From Draconibacterium sp. (GTDB taxonomy: Bacteria > Bacteroidota > Bacteroidia > Bacteroidales > Prolixibacteraceae), in assembly GCA_050179035.1 (NCBI GenBank), contig JBFXFM010000021.1, positions 12-64,011 of the forward strand: a DNA stretch of 64,000 nucleotides, in the 5' to 3' direction. Both the position numbers and the translations under genes were made by a program. Position 1 is the stretch's first letter. Each line of letters begins with the position of its first letter. This document shows positions 47,260 to 55,690 of this stretch, piece after piece. The notes under the pieces are model-generated. The model saw only the letters and a list, made by a program, of their open reading frames with translations. It was not told where the DNA came from and made no database searches.

Positions 47260-48393
47260 TTATTGTTCCAGATTCAACACTTTTGCAATTTCTGCCCACG
47301 AAATGTATTTGTAGTTCTGGCTTTTCTTTTTCCTTCCGTCGTAATTAAAACCATCCTGCACCACCAGCATTCCCTGCGGAAATCCGGGCAAAGCAACCGT
47401 GGTAATATCCAATCCGTCGGTTTCTTCAACACCATCAACAACTCCATCAGTAATCCTGAAACTGCCCAGATATTTGTTTTCTCCCTGCCGTTCGAAAACT
47501 GCGTACGAAAAGTTTCCCTGCGATGAGGCTACCAGGTAGCCATTTAGACTGTCGGTTGCATAAATCGCCAGTCCTTCAATATCGTATTTTATATTCAGAT
47601 TTTCTTCGGAGCTTTTTTGTATGAATTTCCCCTCGGTTGAACCCTCGGGTTCGGCGTCAAATTTCCAAATTCCGGCCTGTTCTTCACCGATGTAAAGGAT
47701 TCCGGTTTCGTCGTCGGCTACCATTCCTTCGGTTTGGGTGCCAATTTTCAGTGAGCGAACCAGTTTTGCATCAACTTTATTTTCGGCAGCAAAAAGTTCG
47801 TATTGTTCCACTTCGCCCGATTTGCCGTTTACAAAAACATAAAACAGCCCGGTTTTTTTACTTCGGTACATGCACAAACCATACACTTCGTCGCTCATGG
47901 CCGATTTGATAATACGGTTGTGTACCGAGTCGAGCCCACCATTTTCAACTATTCTGAAAAGTGAAACCGATTGCATGGTACGGTTGCTGGCAGCGAGAAT
48001 ATCGATGGTGTCGCCATTCAGCGGAAAACCGTAACGCAGGTCGCAATTGTTCATATCGCCGGTGGCGTAATAGTTGAGTTGTTTTCCGGTTAAATCGTAA
48101 GTTGCGAGTCCGCCTTTTTTATCGGTCCCGATAATTACTGATTTTTCAGGGTTTTGAGGATGAATCCAAATTGCCGGGTCATCAGCCGAATCGTCGTTTT
48201 TTCCGCGCGGTGTTGGTTCGGTTTCAATACTTGCGGCAACCAGATTCTTAATGTGTTCGCCTGCTTTGCGCGAGCCTTCGCCAGGGCGGTTACACGAATT
48301 AAATGTTATCAAAACAAACAGCCCGATAAACAGGCTGGTTGTTCCAGGGAATATTTTCATTTCTTTCATCGGTATTTTTGAATCAATTTTCAT
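47260..48393 (-). CDS. Beta-propeller phytase (3-phytase), lipoprotein
   Basis: DSADDPAIWIHP, IIGTDKKGGL, MNNCDLR, YGLCMY, TQTEGMVAD, YIGEE..GIWK, DIEGL, ETDGLD, VVQDG; lipobox FNSC; the true start may lie ~33 bp inside the ORF. Confidence 0.93.
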   Translation of the reverse strand: MKIDSKIPMKEMKIFPGTTSLFIGLFVLITFNSCNRPGEGSRKAGEHIKNLVAASIETEPTPRGKNDDSADDPAIWIHPQNPEKSVIIGTDKKGGLATYDLTGKQLNYYATGDMNNCDLRYGFPLNGDTIDILAASNRTMQSVSLFRIVENGGLDSVHNRIIKSAMSDEVYGLCMYRSKKTGLFYVFVNGKSGEVEQYELFAAENKVDAKLVRSLKIGTQTEGMVADDETGILYIGEEQAGIWKFDAEPEGSTEGKFIQKSSEENLNIKYDIEGLAIYATDSLNGYLVASSQGNFSYAVFERQGENKYLGSFRITDGVVDGVEETDGLDITTVALPGFPQGMLVVQDGFNYDGRKKKSQNYKYISWAEIAKVLNLEQ

Positions 48394-48400
48394 AAGTATT

Positions 48401-51274
48401 TTAAAAATTGAGTTTTAAACCAACCCGTGCCCACCAGGAGTAATATTCCTGTTGCAAAAGTTTATCGGGCGTACCCAGGTAGTATTTTAACGGGGCGTTT
48501 GTGAGATTTATTACATCGACAAAAACATTCAGATTTTTTGTGATTGAATAATTCGTTGTAAAATCGAAATGCCAGGCTTTATCGTAGTATTCATCCAAAT
48601 CGCTGTCGGCACCCAGTTCGTGTAAAAAGGCATCGTGATAATTGGCCGTAATTTTTGCATAAAACTTTTTGGTTTCGTAGAAAAGTGCAAGATTGGCTGT
48701 GTGTTTTGCCTGCCCCGGAAGCATTATTTTTTCCTTTTCGCCGTTTTCGTCAAAAAATACGCTCAAATCATCTTCACCAAAAATCACAACAGCGTCGCTG
48801 TAATTGGCCGGGTAGCGCTGGCTGATGTAAGCTTCTGAGAATGTGTAAGTATAGTTGGTATAAATTCCAAAGTTTTTCAGAAAGTTATCGAAAAAGAAAA
48901 GTTTCGACTGGTATTGCAACTCGGCGCCATATACAAAAGCATCGCGTCCGTTGGCTGCAATGGTAATTTCGTCGAGCGAGGTTCCGGTTGAAGCGTCGCT
49001 TTGGTGTGCAAACCGTTTAAAATAAAAGATAAAGTCGTCAATCTGTTTATAGAAAAAGCCCCCTGAAAGTAAGCCTTGTTCGCCAAAATAGGTTTCGCCA
49101 AGCAAATCGAAATTGATGGCTGTCGGGTATTTCAGGTCGGGGTTTCCAAAGGTGTATTGGTCGTTGTCTTTCTCTTCCTTGTAAGGCAACACATCTTTAA
49201 AATTGGGGCGCGAGTAGGTTCGTGTAACAGCAGCCCTGAAGTTTGTATTCTTATTCAAACTATATCTTACCTGCAATTGCGGTAGCAGAAACTGGTGCGA
49301 ACGCTGGTCGTTCAATGTGTCGAGCCGTACAAATTTCTTCCCGTCGGCAATTACATTGTGTCCGGTGTAGTTGATGTTGGTTTTTTCGAACCTCAACCCA
49401 CCCAACAACATCAGGTTGTTGAAGTTGTGTTTTATCATTCCGTAAGCCGCATAAATATCTTCGTTTGCGGTATAGTCAGCACCGTAAGATTCCTGTCGGG
49501 TTCTGGTGGGATCATACACAAACTGGTGCCTGTTGTATTCGTAAAAATCGCGCACTTTTTCGGGCGAAGGCATAGCTTCAATTACATAACCATGATTCAG
49601 CAGGTTGGGGTCGGTAAAACCATCACTCACACCGTAAAGCGTAAGCGGTTCAGCCACGCCGGGGTACGGATTTACTAATTTTGAATAAGGATATCCACCG
49701 TAAACCTGCGAGTTGTCGTCGCGGCTTTTATCTTTCATCCGTACTTTTCCCCCAAATTTGAAACTTCCGTTGCGGTAAGGTATTTCAAGATTCAGTTTTG
49801 CTGTTACATTGATGTCTTTGATGATGTTGTTTTCGAGCTGTAGTCCGTCAAATTCATATTTTGCATAATCAGTAACCAACTGCTCATCGCCTTCGGTAGG
49901 GTAACTAATGGTGGGCCAGTTGGGGTCGGTTAAATCAAATTTCATCATCACGCCGTGCCCCGGACTGTCGAACCCGGTTTCGAGACGGGTGGGGTCTTTT
50001 TCCGATGAATAGGCATAAGCAATTTCGTAATCGATTTTTGTTTTTCCCAGGTTGTGCATACCGCCGAGGTTCAGGGTGTAAATCTCCTGAACCTGCCGTG
50101 TATCGCGAATATCGTGCGCCACCGAGCAGTCGCGGTAAAGTGTTTCACTGATGGCATCGGAGGTTTCGTAAGTTATTCTGCGCCGCAGTTCCTGGTCGGT
50201 AAAACTGTTAAACATTCCGCGAAGGTAAACCGATGAACCTTCGTTAAAGATGTAGTCCATGGTTGTGCTCACGCCAATACGGGTGCGCGTAATATCGTAA
50301 TGTCGAAGTTCCATTTTCTTGTACTGCACCTTGTAATTGTCGATGCTGTCGCCCTGACTTCCCCAAAACGGACCTTTTATATAATTGAATTCCATGTTAT
50401 CGGAGCCCAGGTTGTTTTTGTAATAACTGCTGTTGAGGTAAAATCCGAATTTGCCGTAACGTGCGCCGTATGAAAACTGCACCTGGTAGTTTTCGGTTTG
50501 TCTCAGGTTGTTGTACCCCCCTGAAATTGCAGCCGAAATATCTGGTTTCTGGTCGAGCGCTTTTTTGGTAACAATGTTCACATTTCCGCCAATTCCATCA
50601 GCGTCCATATCGGGGGTTAGCACTTTGGTAATTTCAACAAATTCAATCTGGTCAGCCGAAATTACATCGAGACCAACATAACGCACATCGCCTTCGGGCG
50701 AAGGAATTTGTTCGCCGTTGATGTTAAAGTTGGTAAGCTCCGGCGGGGTTCCGCGGAGTTGTACAAAACGACCTTCTCCCTGGTCGCGCTGCAAGGTAAT
50801 TCCGGGGATTCGCTGAATAACTTCAGCCGCATTCATGTCAGGGAATTTCTCGATTTGTTCAGAAGAAACTATGTTTTTGATGTTTTCAGCTAATTTCTGG
50901 TCGAGCAGGGCTTTTTGCTGACCGCGTGCCAGCGCAGTTATATTAATTTGACCGATTTCCTGTGTTGACGGGTCGAGTGCGATTTTCAGGTTTTTAAGCA
51001 GAGGTTCTGAAAAACTTACCGGAACCACTTTCGTTTGATAACCCATAAACGAAACCAGCAGCGTTACCTGTCTGGATTTTATTCCTGTTAATTCGAAAAA
51101 ACCGTTGTTGTCGGTGATGGTTCCGTGGGTTGTATTTTCAACAACAATCCCTGCACCGGGCAGGGCTTCGTTGGTGGTGGCATCGGTAATAATTCCCGAA
51201 ACCGAATAATTCTGGGCAGCTAATTGTGTGGTTAGAATAAATGAGAAAAGGAAGACAAGGATTTTAGGCTTCAT
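48401..51274 (-). CDS. TonB-dependent receptor (TBDR-2, phytase-associated type), no adjacent SusD
   Basis: 957 aa; NTE; plug PDMNAAEVIQRIPGI.LQRDQGEGRFVQLRG..DADGIGGNVN; C-terminal GLKLNF. Confidence 0.95.
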   Translation of the reverse strand: MKPKILVFLFSFILTTQLAAQNYSVSGIITDATTNEALPGAGIVVENTTHGTITDNNGFFELTGIKSRQVTLLVSFMGYQTKVVPVSFSEPLLKNLKIALDPSTQEIGQINITALARGQQKALLDQKLAENIKNIVSSEQIEKFPDMNAAEVIQRIPGITLQRDQGEGRFVQLRGTPPELTNFNINGEQIPSPEGDVRYVGLDVISADQIEFVEITKVLTPDMDADGIGGNVNIVTKKALDQKPDISAAISGGYNNLRQTENYQVQFSYGARYGKFGFYLNSSYYKNNLGSDNMEFNYIKGPFWGSQGDSIDNYKVQYKKMELRHYDITRTRIGVSTTMDYIFNEGSSVYLRGMFNSFTDQELRRRITYETSDAISETLYRDCSVAHDIRDTRQVQEIYTLNLGGMHNLGKTKIDYEIAYAYSSEKDPTRLETGFDSPGHGVMMKFDLTDPNWPTISYPTEGDEQLVTDYAKYEFDGLQLENNIIKDINVTAKLNLEIPYRNGSFKFGGKVRMKDKSRDDNSQVYGGYPYSKLVNPYPGVAEPLTLYGVSDGFTDPNLLNHGYVIEAMPSPEKVRDFYEYNRHQFVYDPTRTRQESYGADYTANEDIYAAYGMIKHNFNNLMLLGGLRFEKTNINYTGHNVIADGKKFVRLDTLNDQRSHQFLLPQLQVRYSLNKNTNFRAAVTRTYSRPNFKDVLPYKEEKDNDQYTFGNPDLKYPTAINFDLLGETYFGEQGLLSGGFFYKQIDDFIFYFKRFAHQSDASTGTSLDEITIAANGRDAFVYGAELQYQSKLFFFDNFLKNFGIYTNYTYTFSEAYISQRYPANYSDAVVIFGEDDLSVFFDENGEKEKIMLPGQAKHTANLALFYETKKFYAKITANYHDAFLHELGADSDLDEYYDKAWHFDFTTNYSITKNLNVFVDVINLTNAPLKYYLGTPDKLLQQEYYSWWARVGLKLNF

Positions 51275-51318
51275 CGTTGATTTTTTATTTTCAGGAACGA
51301 TTGCTTATCGTAAAAATT

Positions 51319-51352
51319 CACCCTGAACAAAGCTGGAAGCCCGTTCAGGGTG
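51319..51352 (-). terminator. Intra-operon hairpin between T9SS protein 2 and TBDR-2
   Basis: CACCCTGAAC..GTTCAGGGTG. Confidence 0.65.
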
Positions 51353-51374
51353 ATATATTAAATCAATCAGGTTA

Positions 51375-53009
51375 CTAATTAATAATGATTTTCCGGGTTA
51401 CTGAACCGGTTTCGCCAGTAAAACGAATAAAGAAAATGCCTTTGTTTATTGCACTTACATCGATGGTTTGCCTTGTCGATTCAACCAACCCGCGCTGCAC
51501 GGTTTTGCCTGTAATATCGTGAATGCTGAATGTTTCAAAACGGTTTTCTGACAAATCAAAATTCAGTTTTCCGTTGTTCACAGGATTTGGATAAACGTTA
51601 ACCACGGGTTCGGCGCCGATTTGTTCTTTAACCGCATTTGTGCCCGATTTGTAATAAACCACTAATTGCGGAACACGCTCGGGGTGGTTCTGTCCGTCGC
51701 CGCCATCTTCCGGGTCGGCAATATTTTCGAACGATTCCAACTCGCGTGCATTTTCAGCTTCGCTCACGCCCTGGTTTTCACCTTCCATGATAAAAGCTAT
51801 GGCATTTCCCGAATTCCAGCCCTGTAATCCGATGATTTCCTGAACCACCGATTTGATATCCGCAGTGCGGTGTTTTGTGTAAAGTCCCCATTCTTCGGCA
51901 ACTTCCCAGCGTACCGAGGCTGAAGTTTTTGGTCTGTCGGTAATTAAAGCTTCCATGCTAAATGTTTCGGGGTTAGCATTTTTTTCGCCACGGATGGTGA
52001 TGTTGGCTTCATCAGTTGCCGATTTTCCTTCGTGCGAGTGGATTACAATATATGCCGAATCGATGGTAGCATCAGCAGGAATGGTGATTCCGCGGAAACG
52101 TAACCCAAGGTTTACAATGTTGATTGTACTGGCATCCACATATTCATACCCAATATCAAGGTCGTCATCATACAAATCGTCCATTTCATCGTTCTCCTGT
52201 TCGGCATCGTCTGATGATACATTGATAACCACACCTTCTTCCATGATGGTGTCGGTTTTCTGAATATAAACTTCCAGTTTTTCGTTGTCGGTTGTGCCTG
52301 CCGGTTCAGAATAATACACCACCAATTGCGGAACGCGCTCGGGGTGGTTCTGTCCGTCGCCTCCATCTTCGGGGTCGGCAATATTTTCGAACGATTCAAG
52401 TTCGCGTGCATTTTCGGCTTCGCTCACACCCTGGTTTTCGCCTTCAAGAATAAATGAGATGGCATTTCCTGAATTCCATCCGCTCAAACCAATTATTTCC
52501 TGAACCACCGATTTGATATCAGGTGTGCGGTGTTTTGTGTAAAGTCCCCATTCTTCGGCAATTTCCCAGCGTACCGAGGCTGAAGTTTTTGGCCGGTCGG
52601 TAATAAGCGCTTCCATAGTAAATGTTTCGGGGTTGGCATTTTTTTCGCCTTTTATTGTGATGTTGGCCACATCGGTGGCCGATTTTCCTTCGTGAGAGTG
52701 GATTACAATAAATGCCGAATCGATTGTTGCACCTGCCGGAATTGTAATTCCAAGGAAACGCATCCCAAGGTTTACAATGTTTATTTCGCTTGCATCAACA
52801 TATTCATAACCAATGTCGAGGTCGTCGTCAAACAAGTCGTCCATTGCATCGTTTTCCTGCTCTGCATCGTCAGACGAAACATTGATTACCACACCTTCTT
52901 CCATAATGGTGTCGGTTTTCTGAATGTAAACTTCCAGTTTCTTGTTTTGCGCAAAAACTGAAGTGGTAAAAAACAAAAGGAATAAGGAATAAAGTAGAGT
53001 TGATTTCAT
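51375..53009 (-). CDS. T9SS-secreted protein 2: two tandem acidic ~220-aa domains + type-A CTD
   Basis: 544 aa; signal peptide; units offset by 660 bp (SSDDAEQEND..DDDLDIG..LG.RF.GITIP..ATIDSA..WNSGNAI); CTD VYPNPV..DITGK..KIIIN. Confidence 0.9.
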   Translation of the reverse strand: MKSTLLYSLFLLFFTTSVFAQNKKLEVYIQKTDTIMEEGVVINVSSDDAEQENDAMDDLFDDDLDIGYEYVDASEINIVNLGMRFLGITIPAGATIDSAFIVIHSHEGKSATDVANITIKGEKNANPETFTMEALITDRPKTSASVRWEIAEEWGLYTKHRTPDIKSVVQEIIGLSGWNSGNAISFILEGENQGVSEAENARELESFENIADPEDGGDGQNHPERVPQLVVYYSEPAGTTDNEKLEVYIQKTDTIMEEGVVINVSSDDAEQENDEMDDLYDDDLDIGYEYVDASTINIVNLGLRFRGITIPADATIDSAYIVIHSHEGKSATDEANITIRGEKNANPETFSMEALITDRPKTSASVRWEVAEEWGLYTKHRTADIKSVVQEIIGLQGWNSGNAIAFIMEGENQGVSEAENARELESFENIADPEDGGDGQNHPERVPQLVVYYKSGTNAVKEQIGAEPVVNVYPNPVNNGKLNFDLSENRFETFSIHDITGKTVQRGLVESTRQTIDVSAINKGIFFIRFTGETGSVTRKIIIN

Positions 53010-53034
53010 AGTTTTTGATTTTGCAATTTTGATG

Positions 53035-53092
53035 CAAGATTAACAAGTGGCATTTAAACGCAGGTTACAATCAGATTAAGTGAATGTTACAG
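53035..53092 (-). promoter_or_regulatory. Candidate Pho box (4 repeats, 11-bp period) for the T9SS-2/TBDR-2/phytase operon
   Basis: TTTAAACGCAG GTTACAATCAG ATTAAGTGAAT GTTACAG from 53053; TAATCTTG -7 element on the minus strand at 53035-53042. Confidence 0.7.
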
Positions 53093-53188
53093 AAACATAA
53101 TTTCTGATTACAACTTTTTGTAAGAAATCGGTCACCAGGATTTTCACCCAGGTGAAAAGATTTTGCTCAAACAATGATTTGAATTTGT

Positions 53189-53563
53189 TTACGCAAATAC
53201 TGTCTCTTTTCTGCTTCCGGCCATTCGGTTAATATGTACCTGCGCTTCAGCATAACTATCGATATTGCGCAGCGATTTGGTAATTTTTATGCGGGTTTCG
53301 GGCCTGTCAACCATTTCCCTGAAATCGTCGAGGCAAATTTCGATACTGCTGTACCTGTAAATCTGGCCGGTTTCAAAATCATAGCTAAAATCTTCAAGTT
53401 CAGCAAAAACAAATTCAAGCCCTGTATTATGAAAGTTGATTTCGTAAAAACGGGCATAAACAAGCGATATACTTCCATCGGGCATTCCGTAAAAATAAAC
53501 GGGGAGTGCTGTATGAAAATAGGTCATGTTCGACTTATAAATTAAAACGGGTTTTGTGCTCAT
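53189..53563 (-). CDS. Hypothetical cytoplasmic protein, paralog of 45898-46308
   Basis: MSTKPVLIYKSNMTYFHTALPVYFYGMPDG; last gene of the plcP-like/GT operon; start 53563 or 53569. Confidence 0.8.
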   Translation of the reverse strand: MSTKPVLIYKSNMTYFHTALPVYFYGMPDGSISLVYARFYEINFHNTGLEFVFAELEDFSYDFETGQIYRYSSIEICLDDFREMVDRPETRIKITKSLRNIDSYAEAQVHINRMAGSRKETVFA

Positions 53564-53580
53564 ATTCATTCAATTAAAGG

Positions 53581-54567
53581 TTAAATGGTGTTACGCATAA
53601 TTATTTTTTCGATGATTTCGTTGGTTCTGTCGGGGAAATCAATTTTCAGCGGCTGTATGTTTTCGAGCCAAAGCCTGATTTTGGCTACATCTTCAGAGAG
53701 GTCGTTTAAAACCTGAACTCCCATTTCGCGCAGGAAAGCTGCATTGCATTGTTGTTCGTACTGGTTTTTCATCGGAATCACACAAAGTTTTTTCCCCATG
53801 TGAAGGGCTTCGGCCGGGGTTTCAAAACCGGCATTACAAAGAATCCCGCTGCAACTGATAAACGACTCGTGAAATTTTTCGATTGAAACGGGTTGAAAAT
53901 GAATATTTTGTTTGCTGTATGATTTTTGGCTGTGTTTCGAAAAAACTTCCCACTGTACCTGTGGAAATGCGCCTAAAACCCTTTCAATCTCTTCGTTACT
54001 GTACGATGGCAAATAAACCGAGTAGTGGTTGTTTGTGGAGTGATTTGCGTTTCGGATTGCAGTTCGGATTACCGGGCTGAAATTGAAGCTGTCGAGCTGA
54101 TTAAAATGAAACCCATATTTTAGCGAAACCGGCGCATAATTTCGGAGAATAAATTTTCCCAGTGCATCATGTTTTTCAGGTTTTGGAGTGGCGTTGTGCA
54201 AAACCGCATTCTGATGACTAAGCCCGATGCACTTTTTGCCCTTAATTTTGCAGGCCCAAGCCGAAACAGGTTCAAAATCGCTGATAACCAGGTCGTATTT
54301 TTGTACTGGCAATTTTATCAAATCAACAAGAAACCTGGGTAACCTTGACTTTGCAATTGTTTTTTTTAAATCAACACCGCCGGTTGTACCAAAAATAAAA
54401 CTCACGCCATAAAACCTGTATTTTACTTCGAACGGGAGTTGAATATCACCCTGAATTCCACTGACGAGCACGTCAGTTTCGGCCATTTTCTGCAGAACAG
54501 GAACGATTTCGGTTGCCCTCGCCAAATGCCCGTTGCCGGTTCCCTGAATTGCGTACAATACTTTCAT
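53581..54567 (-). CDS. GT-B glycosyltransferase (MJ1255/VC2487-like, related to GT28/MGDG synthase)
   Basis: MKVLYAIQGTGNGHLARA, VISDFEPVSAWA, NAGFETPAEAL..GKKLCVIPMKNQYEQ. Confidence 0.88.
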   Translation of the reverse strand: MKVLYAIQGTGNGHLARATEIVPVLQKMAETDVLVSGIQGDIQLPFEVKYRFYGVSFIFGTTGGVDLKKTIAKSRLPRFLVDLIKLPVQKYDLVISDFEPVSAWACKIKGKKCIGLSHQNAVLHNATPKPEKHDALGKFILRNYAPVSLKYGFHFNQLDSFNFSPVIRTAIRNANHSTNNHYSVYLPSYSNEEIERVLGAFPQVQWEVFSKHSQKSYSKQNIHFQPVSIEKFHESFISCSGILCNAGFETPAEALHMGKKLCVIPMKNQYEQQCNAAFLREMGVQVLNDLSEDVAKIRLWLENIQPLKIDFPDRTNEIIEKIIMRNTI

Positions 54568-54570
54568 TTT

Positions 54571-55407
54571 TTACAATATGTTGGTAAAAACAAGTTCTTT
54601 AATCAACGATTGGTATAACTGTCGTCCTTCGGGAATATCAGGTTCGTCATTGGGAAATTCGTCGTCGTTTTCGGTGTGGTAAAAAAGTTTCCATTCTTTT
54701 GAATCGTATTCGGCTGCGGTAAAATTTTCAACCCAGTCGCCGCAATTCAGGTATTTAATGGTTTTGCCATTTATAATCAGCTCTTTTTCTTTTGGGATGT
54801 GGGTGTGCCCGCAAATCACCGATTGATAGCCCTGCGTTTCGGCCACTTCGCCAATTTTCTTCTCAAAAACCGAAGGTTCGGGTTTTTCGCGGAGCCAACG
54901 TTTTTTAATACTCCGGTAAAAGATGATTTCGTTTTTTCCAAAAAGCCTTAAAAACGGCTGAAGTGCGTTGTTCAGCCACGAAAGCAATCCGTACGAAGCC
55001 GCCCCGATTTTGGCTAACCATTTTGTTTCGTGAATCACAAGGTCGAAAATATCGCCATGAAAAATCCAGGTCTTCTGGCCATCAAGGTCCAATACCAACT
55101 GGTTTACAATGCGCAGGTTTCCAATCTGAATTTTTTCAAACTTCCGTAAAAATTCATCGTGATTACCTGTAATGTAATAAACCTGAACCCCTCTTTCCAT
55201 CATTTTAATCAGCTGCCTGATTACTTTGAGGTGGGCTTTGGGGAAAAAATTTCGCGAAAACCGCCACGAATCAATGATGTCGCCGTTTAAGACAAGGGTT
55301 TTGGGTTGTATCGATTTCAGGTATTTTAAAACCTTTTTGGGGTGACAGGCGTGTGTGGCAAGATGAATATCGGATATTACAGCCACTTCCGGTTCTCTTA
55401 TCTTCAT
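54571..55407 (-). CDS. PlcP/LpxH-like metallophosphoesterase
   Basis: VISDIHL, NGDIIDSW, GNHDE, FHGD.FD.V....KWLA, CGHTH, YLNCGDWVE; likely start 55407. Confidence 0.88.
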   Translation of the reverse strand: MKIREPEVAVISDIHLATHACHPKKVLKYLKSIQPKTLVLNGDIIDSWRFSRNFFPKAHLKVIRQLIKMMERGVQVYYITGNHDEFLRKFEKIQIGNLRIVNQLVLDLDGQKTWIFHGDIFDLVIHETKWLAKIGAASYGLLSWLNNALQPFLRLFGKNEIIFYRSIKKRWLREKPEPSVFEKKIGEVAETQGYQSVICGHTHIPKEKELIINGKTIKYLNCGDWVENFTAAEYDSKEWKLFYHTENDDEFPNDEPDIPEGRQLYQSLIKELVFTNIL

Positions 55408-55428
55408 AGTTAATTCACTATAATGCTG

Positions 55429-55486
55429 CAAATTAGGCTGATTGTTATTAATCTACAGTTACAGTTCAGTTACGATAAAAATAAAG
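55429..55486 (-). promoter_or_regulatory. Candidate Pho box for the plcP-like/GT/hypothetical operon
   Basis: ATTAATCTACA GTTACAGTTCA GTTACGATAAA AATAAAG from 55447; CTAATTTG -7 element on the minus strand at 55429-55436. Confidence 0.65.
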
Positions 55487-55530
55487 TTAAAGGCAGCGAA
55501 GATTCAGATTTTACAGTTTCATGTTTTATT

Positions 55531-55576
55531 TTTAACCGGTTTTTAACCGGTTGAACAGTAGTGTTTTGTAGTTTTG
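55531..55576 (+). promoter_or_regulatory. Promoter of the DUF2062 gene with two TTAACC repeats 11 bp apart
   Basis: TTAACC at 55532 and 55543; perfect TAGTTTTG at 55569-55576. Confidence 0.5.
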
Positions 55577-55592
55577 CGGCGCAATGAAACGA

Positions 55593-55610
55593 ATCCCGAT
55601 TTATCGGGAT
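55593..55610. repeat. Short palindrome in the DUF2062 leader
   Basis: ATCCCGAT-TT-ATCGGGAT. Confidence 0.55.
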
Positions 55611-55690
55611 GAGTTACATCGGGTGAGAAAATTGATAAAATAGACGAAGCATAACCGCCAACTAATCAGCAACTTTAATATTTTGTACAG

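Noticed and set aside
54571-55407. Housekeeping lipid A enzyme LpxH
   Set aside because: Its context (GT partner, Pho-box-like array, no lpx genes) and PlcP-like motifs argue against it, although a phylogeny is needed to exclude it.
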